Assembly (NCBI GenBank): GCA_964609075.1
Contig: CAZSQP010000001.1
Span: forward strand, 33,593-97,592
Direction of reading: 5' to 3'
From: an uncultured Candidatus Saccharibacteria bacterium
GTDB taxonomy: Bacteria > Patescibacteriota > Minisyncoccia > Minisyncoccales > GWA2-38-27
DNA: 64,000 nt
Part shown: positions 28,261 through 37,685 of the stretch, piece after piece
Layout of the letters: each line of letters begins with the position of its first letter
How positions within the stretch are numbered: position 1 is the stretch's first letter
Notes under the pieces: generated by a model
What the model saw: only the letters and a program-made list of their open reading frames with translations
What the model was told of the DNA's origin: nothing
The model's database searches: none
Program-made: the position numbers and the translations under genes

Positions 28261-29374
28261 GTACTGGTCCATATGATATGATACACTTTGAGAGCTTGAA
28301 AAACTATGAAAGGAAGGTATTCTGGACGCCGTATGACAATATATGGCTCAATACTGCCAGGAGCAATTCGCATTGCCCGTTCATCTCTCCTGACAGACAA
28401 ATTAACTGAACGGGCAAAGTTTAAAATTAAGGTGTTAGACTGGCACAGAGAACACGGGGGCAATACATCTCTGACAGCCAGACATTTCGGATTAGGAAGA
28501 ATGACTGTGCACAGATGGATAAAGAGTCTTAAACACTTCGGTCCCATCGGTTTGAACGAGAGATCCAGAAAGCCTAAAAGAATGAGAGCTCCCACTACTT
28601 CTTCTGAGACAGTAATGAGAATAGTCCAGTTAAGAAAGCAGTATCCTGCCTGGTCTAAGTACAAAATCAAGGTTCTTTTAGAAAGAGAAGGCATTCAGGT
28701 ATCTGCTAGTACTGTAGGGAGAATATTGAAAAGAAGAGGGTTAATTGACAAGAAGACGTCTAGGAAGAGAAGGAAAGCGGCTTTAAGGCCTAAGATGCGC
28801 TTTCCTAAGGGATTAAGCATATCTCAAGAAGGACAGCTGATTCAGATAGACACCAAATACATTATGCTCCCCGGAGGAGAAAAGTTCTATCAGTTTACAG
28901 CTATTGACGTGTTAACTAAAAGAAGAGTGCTGAGAGTGTATTCTTCTGAATCTTCCAGAAACGGAGCTAAGTTCCTTAAAGAGTGCTTTCTGGGTTTTCC
29001 TTACCCCATTCTGGCAATCCAGACAGATAATGGTTCTCCTTTTCTGAAAGAGTTTGACAAACTCTACAAAGAAAAGAATATTCCTCATTACTACATTCAT
29101 CCCCACACTCCAAAAGAAAATACTTACGTAGAAAGATCTCACAGGTCTGACAAGAGAGAGTTCTACCAACAAGGAAAAGTGTCCTCTCTTCTTTACGTAA
29201 TGCAGAGAAGAATCAGAGAAAGAGAGAATCTTTGGAACAATATCCGTCCCCATGAGGCTCTTGGACAGCTTACTCCCTCTGAATATTCATTAAAGCTTAA
29301 AAGGACTAAATTACAAACTAAAGACGTAATCATTTTACAAGCTTAGGTGTATCATATGTATCTGAACCTAGACA
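28261..29374 (+). mobile_element. Intact IS481-family-like insertion sequence
   Basis: Single DDE ORF. Imperfect terminal IRs: 28261-28286 GTACTGGTCCATATGATATGATACAC versus reverse complement of 29347-29374 TGTCTAGGTTCAGATACATATGATACAC. Flanked by the direct repeat GACCTT (28255-60 and 29375-80). Confidence 0.8.
28306..29346 (+). CDS. IS481-type DDE transposase (rve integrase core with N-terminal HTH)
   Basis: IQIDTKY (D), IQTDNGSPF (D), YVERSHRS (E) and HPHTPKENTYVE. Confidence 0.85.
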   Translation: MKGRYSGRRMTIYGSILPGAIRIARSSLLTDKLTERAKFKIKVLDWHREHGGNTSLTARHFGLGRMTVHRWIKSLKHFGPIGLNERSRKPKRMRAPTTSSETVMRIVQLRKQYPAWSKYKIKVLLEREGIQVSASTVGRILKRRGLIDKKTSRKRRKAALRPKMRFPKGLSISQEGQLIQIDTKYIMLPGGEKFYQFTAIDVLTKRRVLRVYSSESSRNGAKFLKECFLGFPYPILAIQTDNGSPFLKEFDKLYKEKNIPHYYIHPHTPKENTYVERSHRSDKREFYQQGKVSSLLYVMQRRIRERENLWNNIRPHEALGQLTPSEYSLKLKRTKLQTKDVIILQA

Positions 29375-29411
29375 GACCTTCGTTTCTTTTATCTTTTAAA
29401 AAATATTCCAT

Positions 29412-29505
29412 GCTAATTACTCTTTTCTTTTTCTACAAACTAAAAAAACAGGGTTCAAAACCCTGTGGAAAACTCAACCTATAGAGGTTCGTCCTCTATG
29501 GAATT
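29412..29505 (-). repeat. Dispersed intergenic repeat, copy R2
   Basis: Minus strand: CCATAGAG-GACGAAC-CTCTATAGG hairpin, TTGAGTTTTCCACAGGG box, and ACAGGGTT..AACCCTGT+T7 hairpin overlapping TTGAAC-N17-TAGAAA. Confidence 0.7.
29430..29458 (-). promoter_or_regulatory. Putative promoter TTGAAC-N17-TAGAAA inside repeat R2, pointing into the IS481 right end
   Basis: Same architecture as 26819-26847. The IS end lies 56 bp downstream. Confidence 0.35.
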
Positions 29506-29751
29506 TTACTTTTTCTTATAAGTCTTACTCCCCCGGCGTTCTATGGTTAATATTTTAATTGATTGATTCTTTAACTTACGAAAAATTATTCGTATAGACC
29601 CTTTCCGAACCCTGTAAATATCACCTCTTCCTTTTAGCTTTTTAAGATCTAGCTCTTTGAAGTCCCCCTTTTTTATTTGGACAAGTATAGTTTTGAGCTT
29701 TTTTCCTTCTTTGTTGTCTAGCTTATTCAATAATTTCTCGATTCTATCCAT
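29506..29751 (-). CDS. RelE/ParE-superfamily type II toxin (candidate)
   Basis: 81 aa and basic. The YRVRKGSIRIIFRKLKNQSIKILTIERRG pattern resembles the RelE/StbE core. Lies 6 nt after an antitoxin-like gene. Confidence 0.5.
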   Translation of the reverse strand: MDRIEKLLNKLDNKEGKKLKTILVQIKKGDFKELDLKKLKGRGDIYRVRKGSIRIIFRKLKNQSIKILTIERRGSKTYKKK

Positions 29752-29757
29752 AAAATC

Positions 29758-29970
29758 CTAAAGACGTTTTAAGATTTCGTCAATATCAACCCCTCCCTTT
29801 TTCACTTTTGTAAAGTCTATCACTTCTTCCCAGTTTTCTTCCTCAACAGGAGATATTCTAAATAAGGGACGAGATCTTTTAAAAACAATAAAAGATCGGC
29901 CCCTTTTTACTTTCTGGGCATATTTCTGCATATTTTCTCTCAGGTTTTTTAGTGTAACAGTATTCTCCAT
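29758..29970 (-). CDS. Phd/YefM-like type II antitoxin (candidate)
   Basis: 70 aa. N-terminal TVTLKNLRENMQKYAQKVKRGRSFIVFKRSRPLFRISPV resembles the Phd/YefM fold. Confidence 0.5.
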   Translation of the reverse strand: MENTVTLKNLRENMQKYAQKVKRGRSFIVFKRSRPLFRISPVEEENWEEVIDFTKVKKGGVDIDEILKRL

Positions 29971-30000
29971 AATTAAAAAGTTTAACTTAAGTTTATCTTA

Positions 30001-30028
30001 AGTTTAACTTACTAATATACTTTGTCAA
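30001..30028 (-). promoter_or_regulatory. Putative promoter TTGACA-N16-TAAACT for the antitoxin/toxin pair
   Basis: Minus strand reads GAGTTTTCCACAGGGttattcTTGACAaagtatattagtaagtTAAACT. Confidence 0.45.
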
Positions 30029-30091
30029 GAATAACCCTGTGGAAAACTCAATCTAAAATAAAAACTCCCCTGCAGGAGAGTTTATGCTTCT

Positions 30092-30400
30092 TTAAAGGAC
30101 CTTAAGGCCCAAAGTCTTTGAATAGAGATCGTCAAACATTTCTTCTGTTTTTTCGTCCATCTCTCTTGCTTCGAGGTCCTTATCTTTAAGTTCCCTTTCC
30201 AGATGAAGTTCCAGAATATTTAAGACCTTATCTACTTTCTTCTGATGTGCAGCATGCATCAAAGACTTAGTTACATCCCAAGATAAAGAAGGTCCGAATT
30301 CATTGAAGATATAAAGGGCTCTGGAAAACTGCGATATCGTAAGCCTGTCTCTCATTAGTTCTACAAATCTGTCTGCCGAAATCCTTTGAGGATCTGCCAT
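30092..30400 (-). CDS. Hypothetical protein
   Basis: 102-aa helical ORF with no recognisable motif. Confidence 0.3.
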   Translation of the reverse strand: MADPQRISADRFVELMRDRLTISQFSRALYIFNEFGPSLSWDVTKSLMHAAHQKKVDKVLNILELHLERELKDKDLEAREMDEKTEEMFDDLYSKTLGLKVL

Positions 30401-30641
30401 AGTCTTCTCCTTTTTTAAAGGTTCCTTTTTTATCCTACTTAAAAATCAATTATTGTCAAATAAAATAATATATAAGGAGATTTCACAATTCCTTATCTTT
30501 TTCCTTCCACCCTTTCATAAATCCCCAAACACTAAGCACTATAAAACATACAAGGAGAATGATTCCTGCTATTTTTATCATAAAATTAGCCAGGATTTAC
30601 CCTTTATTCTATAATAGACCTTAAAGATAGATTAATCAAAT

Positions 30642-30672
30642 AAAAAAGGGGCTGTTTTTGCAAACAGCCCCA
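30642..30672 (-). terminator. Intrinsic terminator after the GC-rich orphan gene
   Basis: Minus strand: GGGGCTGTT-tgcaaa-AACAGCCCC followed by TTTTTT. Confidence 0.6.
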
Positions 30673-30710
30673 TTGGTTTTGAATTCAAGAGCCAAAGCCC
30701 AAGAACCTAA

Positions 30711-31667
30711 CTACTTCGGCAGAAAGGCCGAGACAGAGCCGTAGTGGGCAAGAGCTTCGCCGGCCCAGCCGGCAATGAACCCGACCCCGCCGCCATCGAA
30801 GCCGAAATAGGGCGCGCTGTCGAAGAGGCCGTCGGCATCCGGAGAGTATTCGTCTCCGGGACAATCGAGCCAGAGATCGTCGTAATCTATCAGGCGCTCG
30901 GGGTGGGTGAGTAACATAATCCCCACTTCAAACGCTCCCAGCCCGAACTCTTGGGCTGTGAATATCTCTCTTGCACGCCTTACAGACTTTCCTCTGTGCT
31001 TAAGACCGAATTGGGCGGGAACTAAGAGAATGTCCTGGTTTCCTTGCTGTTGAGCTAAGGTCTGGAGCATTCTCTCCGTTCTCTCGCTTCTTTTGAGATG
31101 CTCGGATCCCAGTTGTCCCTTTCTGTAGTTGTAGAAGGCTCTCTGTGAGGCTAAGGCCTCAAGAACCTTCTCAACTGCTTTCTCGTAGGTGTCGGCTACT
31201 GTTTGCCATTTGGGAATGGCGAAAAAGGCCTCTGCTCCCCTGGAAAGAGAGCTTTCTCCCAATATTTCTTTGGCGTAGCTTACACCGGGGAAAAGATCTC
31301 GAAGAATGTTTGTCTGGGCTGTGATATCATTCGGACCGTAACCCGAAGGATAAACATAGTCAGACTCTACTTCTTCGTCGGGGTATTTTCCTTTGGCCAG
31401 CTTTATGAGAAGTTCAGGAAAATCCTCACAAAGAAGATCTCCGGAACTAATAATCCTCTGGGCTTTCTCAGAATCAAGCTCTCCCTCAACAATTTCCAAA
31501 GCCCGTCTGCCTCCGTTTTCAAAAAGACGAACAATTTCTTTTTTCTGCCCTTCTGTCATTCCTAGCGTCGTCGATACGGTCATCGCGACTGCTCCTTTCC
31601 ACCCGCTCTGCGGGTTATAATAAAGAACTGTATCGCGGAAAAGCCCCGCAAAAGACCCGTTAAGCAC
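30711..31667 (-). CDS. Hypothetical protein, compositionally atypical (GC-rich, especially the 3' third)
   Basis: 318-aa ORF from a GTG. An internal ATG at 31583 has a better RBS (AAAGGAGcagtcgcgATG), so the true start may be there. Upstream promoter TTGACA-N17-TATAAT at about 31686-31714. Confidence 0.4.
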   Translation of the reverse strand: MLNGSFAGLFRDTVLYYNPQSGWKGAVAMTVSTTLGMTEGQKKEIVRLFENGGRRALEIVEGELDSEKAQRIISSGDLLCEDFPELLIKLAKGKYPDEEVESDYVYPSGYGPNDITAQTNILRDLFPGVSYAKEILGESSLSRGAEAFFAIPKWQTVADTYEKAVEKVLEALASQRAFYNYRKGQLGSEHLKRSERTERMLQTLAQQQGNQDILLVPAQFGLKHRGKSVRRAREIFTAQEFGLGAFEVGIMLLTHPERLIDYDDLWLDCPGDEYSPDADGLFDSAPYFGFDGGGVGFIAGWAGEALAHYGSVSAFLPK

Positions 31668-31716
31668 CCTGCCTAACGTATCTAGATTATAGTAAGAAAG
31701 TTTTATTATGTCAATT

Positions 31717-32427
31717 CTAAAAACCTGTAAACTCCCTTATTTTAGAGACAGGAATAGCTGAAACTTGAGAATAAGAGTCGACAAGAACTAATCCCACTAA
31801 AAGCCCTTTAATATTAAACAAAGGACTTCCTTTGAGATTCTGACTCTCTAGAATATTGGTTTCTATAATATTTGAATTATATCTTTTTATGATTCCTTCA
31901 TTTACGGTTTCGACAACACCTCCTTTCTCTATATTCTTTCCCACTAAAAAGACTTTCTGACCGAACCTTAAACTCCCAAATTCCGCAAAACCAACTGTAG
32001 TTAAATCCTCCTTGTCCAGTTTTAAAAGGGCTAAATTCTTATCCTCGTCTCTCTTTAAAACTTGATAAGAAGGAGTTTCTCCTTCTATAGAAAAAGAAAA
32101 ATCTCCTTTTTTTGGAATTAGATCAGAAAAAGTAATCATTAAGCCATCTGCTGTGATTATGAGACCGGAACCCTGAATAATTCCTGAGGCTGTCTCGGTT
32201 CTAACCCCTACTACAGCTTTCTCTATCTGAGAAACACTGTTTTGCAGAGCTGTGTTTTCTTCAATAATAATTTCCTCTCTTTCAATTACTTCAACATTTC
32301 TTCCATCTAATCCGTATTCATAAAAAAGAGGCCTTTCTACAAAGTAAGGCCAAAGTATCTGGTCTGCAAATATCCCTCCTCCAACACCGGAGATAAAAAT
32401 TAAGATTAAGTAGAATATTTTTTTCAT
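31717..32427 (-). CDS. Trypsin-like (S1C/HtrA-related) peptidase-domain protein, possibly non-catalytic
   Basis: N-terminal TM, GSGLIITADGLMIT and LKGSPLFNIKGLLVGLV resemble the S1C fold. No clear GNSGG motif. Confidence 0.4.
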   Translation of the reverse strand: MKKIFYLILIFISGVGGGIFADQILWPYFVERPLFYEYGLDGRNVEVIEREEIIIEENTALQNSVSQIEKAVVGVRTETASGIIQGSGLIITADGLMITFSDLIPKKGDFSFSIEGETPSYQVLKRDEDKNLALLKLDKEDLTTVGFAEFGSLRFGQKVFLVGKNIEKGGVVETVNEGIIKRYNSNIIETNILESQNLKGSPLFNIKGLLVGLVLVDSYSQVSAIPVSKIREFTGF

Positions 32428-35138
32428 TTTGAAATAGAAGCTTTCTTCCTGGTTTCAGAAGGAGCTTTAACTGCAATCTTCTTTTTGTCGGCGTCAACTG
32501 AAACTCTCTCCCCTTCTCTAACAATGCCTGCCACGATCTTTAAAGATAAAGGATTCAAAACTTTTTGCTGGACAACTCTCTTCAAAGGCCTGGCACCCAG
32601 ATTAGGATCGAAACCCTGTTTTGCCAGAAGCTTTTTGGCTTTTTCTGTTACCTTTATCTTAATGTTTTTCTTTTTAAGACGTTCTTTAACTTTATCAAGT
32701 TCAAGTTCTACTATCTTTTTAATTTCTTTTCTGCCTAAATAATTAAAGATAACGATATCATCAACCCTATTTATAAATTCAGGCCTAAAACTCTCTTTTA
32801 AAGCCTCCATCACCTTATCTTTTAAAGTCTCTTTTTCCTGACCCTCTTTATCTCCCAGAAATCCAAGAGAACCCATCTTGGCTATATGTTCAGAACCTAT
32901 ATTTGAGGTCATAATCAAAATAGCGTTTCTAAAAGAAGCCGTTCTTCCTTTGGCATCAGTAAGCCTTCCGTCTTCTAAAATCTGAAGAAGGATATTGAAA
33001 ACGTCAGGATGGGCCTTTTCTATCTCATCTAAAAGAATAACGCTGTAAGGTCTTCTTCTTATCTTTTCTGTAAGCTGACCTCCTTCGTCAAAGCCAACAT
33101 ATCCTGGAGGAGAGCCTATCATTTTAGATACTGCATGCTTTTCCATATATTCTGACATATCCAAACGAACTAAAGCATTTTCATCATTGAATAAGAATTC
33201 AGCTAAAGCGCGGGCTGTTTCTGTCTTACCTACTCCTGTAGGACCTAAAAACATAAAAGAACCCAAAGGCCTGTCTTCTTCTGATATACCAGCCCTTGCC
33301 CTTCTTAAAGCATTAGAGACAGCTGAAATAGCTTCTGACTGGCCTATTACCCTCCTGGAGAGTATATCCTCCATATTCTCCAGTTTTTTGGCTTCTCCTT
33401 CTATTAGCTTGGTAATAGGTATCCCTGTCCAGCGAGAAACAATTCTTGCCACATCCTCTTCTGAAACCTCTTCTTTTAGAATCTGCCTGCTCTTCTGGAT
33501 TTTAGCCAATTTCTTTTCGTCTTTTCTAATCTCTTTTAAAAGCTCTGGTATTTTACCGTACTTTATCTCAGCCACTTTTTGAAGATCTGCTTCTCTCTGA
33601 GCTATTTCTGACTGGAAGTTAAGATCGTCAATCTTCTTCTTTTTACTCCTAATCTCTTCTATAAGATCTTTCTCAGATCTCCATTTAGCTTCAAAATCTT
33701 TGGTTTTTTCTTTAAGATCTGCCAAAGACCTGTTTATAGCCTTAAGTCTCTTAGAAGAACCTTTTTCTTTTTTAATAGCCTCTTTTTCTATCTCCAATTT
33801 TTGCATCTCTTTTTTAAGATCATCCAACTTGCCAGGCTCTGACTCTATCTCCAGTCTCAAAGCTGACATTGCTTCATCCATTAAATCAACTGCTTTATCT
33901 GGTAAAAACCTGTCTGTAATATATCTGGAAGAGAGTTCGGCTGAAGCTACTAGAGCCGAATCTTTTATCTTAAGTCCATGATGAACTTCATATTTCTCCT
34001 TAATACCTCTTAGAATGGAAATTGTATCTGAAACAGAAGGCTCTTTTACATAAATAGGCTGAAATCTTCTCTCTAAAGCTGTATCTTTTTCAATATATTT
34101 CTGATACTCTTTTAAGGTAGTGGCTCCAATAGCTCTTAATTCTCCTCTGGCTAATGCGGGTTTTAAAAGATTGGAAGCATCAATAGCTCCTTCCGCTCCT
34201 CCTGCTCCGACAAGAGTGTGAAGCTCATCTATAAAAAGAAGATATCTCCCTGAAGCCCTGGTTATTTCTTTCAAAAGAGCTTTTACTCTATCTTCAAATT
34301 CTCCCCTGTATTTTGTTCCAGCAATCAAAGATCCTAAATCGAGACTGATTATCTCTTTGTCTTTCAAACTCTCAGGAACGTTCCCTTTGACTATTCTCTG
34401 AGCCAAACCCTCGACAATAGCTGTTTTTCCTACTCCCGCCTCTCCTATTAAGACTGGATTGTTCTTTGTCCTGCGAGAAAGAACTTGCATTAGCCTTCTT
34501 ATCTCATTTTCTCTCCCTATAACAGGATCCAACTTTCCTTGACGAGCAAGCGAAAGAAGGCTCTTAGTATATTTTTCAATTACCTGGTATTTAGATTCAG
34601 GATCTGGATCCGTAATTTTAGACTCTCCTCTTATCTTAGATAAGCTATCAAGAACAGTATTATAATCAAGGTTGGAAACCTCAAGAGTACCAGTTGAACC
34701 AGAACCCTTAACAAAAGTAGCTTTATCTAAAATCTCTTTAGTTTTAGTGTCAACAGAAAGCATAGACAAAAACAGATGCTCTACAGAGATAAATTCATCT
34801 CCCATTTTCATAGCTTCTCTGCTTGCTTTCTCCAGAACTTTTGCCATATCCTGAGTCAAATAGAATTGACCTTGAGGATGAGAAGAATTCGAATTTTTAA
34901 TCTGGGTCATAGCCTTTTTAACTTTCTCTTTTAGATCATCTGTATCCACTCCTAAATTATGAAGCAAAGTTAAAACCACACTCTCTTCCTGAGAAAGAAG
35001 AGAATTAAGTAGGTGTAAAGCGTCCACTTGATGCTGCCCGTGACTCTGGGCAGATTTCTGAGCAGAAAGAATAGCTTTCTGAGCTCTATGGGTAAAATTT
35101 CCTCCTTGCATATTCATCATAATAGTGCTTTTTAACAT
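32424..35138 (-). CDS. clpB: ATP-dependent chaperone ClpB
   Basis: Two AAA+ modules ([15 protein letters not shown] and [15 protein letters not shown]), a coiled-coil middle domain and a Clp_N repeat. Confidence 0.9.
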   Translation of the reverse strand: MLKSTIMMNMQGGNFTHRAQKAILSAQKSAQSHGQHQVDALHLLNSLLSQEESVVLTLLHNLGVDTDDLKEKVKKAMTQIKNSNSSHPQGQFYLTQDMAKVLEKASREAMKMGDEFISVEHLFLSMLSVDTKTKEILDKATFVKGSGSTGTLEVSNLDYNTVLDSLSKIRGESKITDPDPESKYQVIEKYTKSLLSLARQGKLDPVIGRENEIRRLMQVLSRRTKNNPVLIGEAGVGKTAIVEGLAQRIVKGNVPESLKDKEIISLDLGSLIAGTKYRGEFEDRVKALLKEITRASGRYLLFIDELHTLVGAGGAEGAIDASNLLKPALARGELRAIGATTLKEYQKYIEKDTALERRFQPIYVKEPSVSDTISILRGIKEKYEVHHGLKIKDSALVASAELSSRYITDRFLPDKAVDLMDEAMSALRLEIESEPGKLDDLKKEMQKLEIEKEAIKKEKGSSKRLKAINRSLADLKEKTKDFEAKWRSEKDLIEEIRSKKKKIDDLNFQSEIAQREADLQKVAEIKYGKIPELLKEIRKDEKKLAKIQKSRQILKEEVSEEDVARIVSRWTGIPITKLIEGEAKKLENMEDILSRRVIGQSEAISAVSNALRRARAGISEEDRPLGSFMFLGPTGVGKTETARALAEFLFNDENALVRLDMSEYMEKHAVSKMIGSPPGYVGFDEGGQLTEKIRRRPYSVILLDEIEKAHPDVFNILLQILEDGRLTDAKGRTASFRNAILIMTSNIGSEHIAKMGSLGFLGDKEGQEKETLKDKVMEALKESFRPEFINRVDDIVIFNYLGRKEIKKIVELELDKVKERLKKKNIKIKVTEKAKKLLAKQGFDPNLGARPLKRVVQQKVLNPLSLKIVAGIVREGERVSVDADKKKIAVKAPSETRKKASISK

Positions 35139-35155
35139 AAAATTAAGCTAAAATC

Positions 35156-35193
35156 AAATAATAAAAGCCCCTCTCATCAAGTAAAGAGGGGCT
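35156..35193 (-). terminator. Intrinsic terminator after the PilZ gene
   Basis: AGCCCCTCT..AGAGGGGCT stem followed by TTTTATTAT on the minus strand. Confidence 0.55.
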
Positions 35194-35243
35194 TCTCCCA
35201 AGGGTGGAGACCCTGAGGAGATCAAACCTGAAGATGGTGTTCT

Positions 35244-35549
35244 TCAGGTTTTTGAAATTATATGACGAAGCTGGGCAAAGCGAATCCTGTCCGCTCCTTC
35301 CATCTGATGAACTTGAGCGCCAACCAGATACCTTTCGTTTTCCTGACGACACCAGTTAACTCTTACCTTCAAAACTATATTTTCCTTATCAGACAAACCA
35401 ATCTCGAGACTAATTATCGTCCCTGTTTTAACAGGAAAAGGAAAAAAGAAAGAAAGTCCGTTTTCTGAAATGTCCGTAATAATTGTTTCTCCTGACAAAT
35501 TAAACTCTGCCAACAAATCAACGACTACTCTGGGCTTTGTTCTCAGCAT
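35244..35549 (-). CDS. PilZ-domain protein
   Basis: RTKPRVVV...DISENGLSF matches the RxxxR...D/NxSxxG PilZ motifs. Confidence 0.6.
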   Translation of the reverse strand: MLRTKPRVVVDLLAEFNLSGETIITDISENGLSFFFPFPVKTGTIISLEIGLSDKENIVLKVRVNWCRQENERYLVGAQVHQMEGADRIRFAQLRHIISKT

Positions 35550-35714
35550 TCTTTTTCTCCTCTGTTTGGTTTTTCAAAGAACCGCCTAAAAAAAGCTTAC
35601 ATCTTTTTAATCATAATGTCAAATATTAGATAAAAGAAGGCTTGTTTCATCTTACTGAAAGAAGATATTAACCTCTTTAAAAAAAGCTTCGAGTAGAACT
35701 CGAAGCTTTCTCTT

Positions 35715-36344
35715 TTAGATGCGCCAGGAGAGAGGCATGAAACACTTCCAATCCTTTCCATATCGAACGACGTAACAAAGGATCTGAAAAAGACGAATTA
35801 CCAGTCCTAGAAGAATTCCTGCAAAAAAACTTACCCAGAAGCTTGCCAGAAAAGCAAGCATAAATGGAAAACCGAAACAGAAACAAGATACCGCCGTTAG
35901 AGTGATGGAATAGCCCAGATTCATTCTCCAGGATGCTCTCTTATAAATAAGATGAGACAAAAAAGAGAACATCAAAGGGATAAATAAAGAAACAGAATAT
36001 ATAATCAAAAAGGAATTATCCATCAGAAAGAAAACAACCATAAGGAAAATTGAGGCTAAGACTCCTATAATCACTCCCAGATTAAAAAGTCCTGCTTCCT
36101 CTGAAATCTCTCTATAATAATCAGAAAAGAAAGAAAGGGGCCATAACCAGAAAATACAAACAAATGCAAAATCTATCCAACGAGAAAAAACGAAAGGCAT
36201 CTCCAGAACAAAACCATTCATTTCTATCTCTTTAATCGGTTTTAAGATTCCAATATCTATAAGATACCACCAAACACAAAAAAGTAAGGTGGTGAATAAA
36301 AGGCTTTCTCCGAAAGTCCTCCAGACAGTTCTTCTCTTTTTCAT
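35715..36344 (-). CDS. Hypothetical polytopic membrane protein
   Basis: About 6 hydrophobic segments and no motif. Confidence 0.35.
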   Translation of the reverse strand: MKKRRTVWRTFGESLLFTTLLFCVWWYLIDIGILKPIKEIEMNGFVLEMPFVFSRWIDFAFVCIFWLWPLSFFSDYYREISEEAGLFNLGVIIGVLASIFLMVVFFLMDNSFLIIYSVSLFIPLMFSFLSHLIYKRASWRMNLGYSITLTAVSCFCFGFPFMLAFLASFWVSFFAGILLGLVIRLFQILCYVVRYGKDWKCFMPLSWRI

Positions 36345-36383
36345 TTTCTCTCTCCTTTTTTAAAGAGCTTGTTGCTTAAAGTT

Positions 36384-37673
36384 TTAGCCACTCTTTTCTC
36401 CTAAAACAATATCTAAATCAAATTCTCTGCTGTCTCTTAAAATTCTAAAAGTAACTCTATTTCCAGGCTTAAAAGATCTAATAAGAGAAGATAATGTGTT
36501 TTCTTCTGTCAATTTCTCCCCGTCCAATCTTAGAATAATATCCTCTTCTCTAAGACCTGCTTTATCTGCGGCAGAATCTTCTACAATAGCAGTCTCCCCT
36601 TCTTGTCCTGAGACAATCAAAGCTCCGTAGTCTACAGAAAGCTCCTCTATTTCTTTTACTTCTTCATTTATCATAACATAACGAACACCTAAAAAAGGAT
36701 AAACAATTTCTCCCTGTTCTTTAACCTGCTCAATATCTCTCCTTGCTTTATTGATGGGAATGGCAAAACCTATACTCTGAGCTTGGGTGACCATAGCTGT
36801 ATTAATACCGATAACTTCCTTGCTGAGATTCAGGAGAGGACCTCCTGAATTTCCTCTGTTGATAGCAGCGTCTGTCTGAATAACATCTTCTAATGTTTCC
36901 ACAAAATCTCCACCTGAAGCCGTTACCGTTCTCCCTAAACCAGATACCACTCCTACAGAAACTGTATTTTTAAACTCTCCTAAAGCATTGCCTATAGCTA
37001 TTACTGTCTGACCCATCTCTAGATTATTAGAATCCCCTAATTTTACCACAGGAAAGGTCTCTTTTGTCACTCTGCCTTCCTCATCTACTCTCTCTTCTTG
37101 GGCAATCTTTAAAATAGCTATGTCTTGAAAAGGATCTTTAGCTAAAACTTTAGCTGGATATTTATCTCCGTTTTTAAAGAAAACGGTATACTCTGCCTCT
37201 TCATCTAGAACAACGTGCTTGTTTGTCAAAACTAAACCGTCTTCTGTAACAATAAAACCTGTCCCCCCTCCAATTTCCTGCTTCTCAAAACCTTTTTGTT
37301 CTGGAACCTCTATCTCAAAAGGACCAAACTCTTCGATCCTTCTTTCAATTATGGGAACATCTTTTGAGATAACAATACTGACTACAGCTGGAGAAACCTC
37401 TTTAACAGAATCCATAATAGCCTGCTCGTGAGTAGTCTGAGGTATATATTCTTTTTCTATCACTGTCTCCTTTTTAATTATGGAAGGAAGGTCTAATCCT
37501 GTCTCTCTAATTTCAGGCACCAAAAAGTAAACAGAAGCCAAGCCAGACAAAAGCCCAAAAACAGAAGAAGCAACAAAAACTAAAAGGGCAAGCCAGAGAG
37601 CCTGTCTTTTTTTTATTCTTTTTAAAATTGGTTTTTTCTTATTCTTCTTTTTAAAAGTAGGAAGTTGATACAT
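36384..37673 (-). CDS. htrA: HtrA/DegP-family serine protease with PDZ domain
   Basis: Catalytic motifs TNKHV, DIAILK and GNSGGPLLN, plus a C-terminal PDZ domain. Confidence 0.85.
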   Translation of the reverse strand: MYQLPTFKKKNKKKPILKRIKKRQALWLALLVFVASSVFGLLSGLASVYFLVPEIRETGLDLPSIIKKETVIEKEYIPQTTHEQAIMDSVKEVSPAVVSIVISKDVPIIERRIEEFGPFEIEVPEQKGFEKQEIGGGTGFIVTEDGLVLTNKHVVLDEEAEYTVFFKNGDKYPAKVLAKDPFQDIAILKIAQEERVDEEGRVTKETFPVVKLGDSNNLEMGQTVIAIGNALGEFKNTVSVGVVSGLGRTVTASGGDFVETLEDVIQTDAAINRGNSGGPLLNLSKEVIGINTAMVTQAQSIGFAIPINKARRDIEQVKEQGEIVYPFLGVRYVMINEEVKEIEELSVDYGALIVSGQEGETAIVEDSAADKAGLREEDIILRLDGEKLTEENTLSSLIRSFKPGNRVTFRILRDSREFDLDIVLGEKSG

Positions 37674-37685
37674 AATATTTTTTTA

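Noticed and set aside
28251-28694. 147-aa minus-strand ORF
   Set aside because: It overlaps the IS481 left end and the 5' part of the transposase gene on the opposite strand, and has no motif.
35143-35352. 69-aa minus-strand ORF
   Set aside because: It spans the terminator hairpin and overlaps the 3' end of the PilZ gene in another frame.
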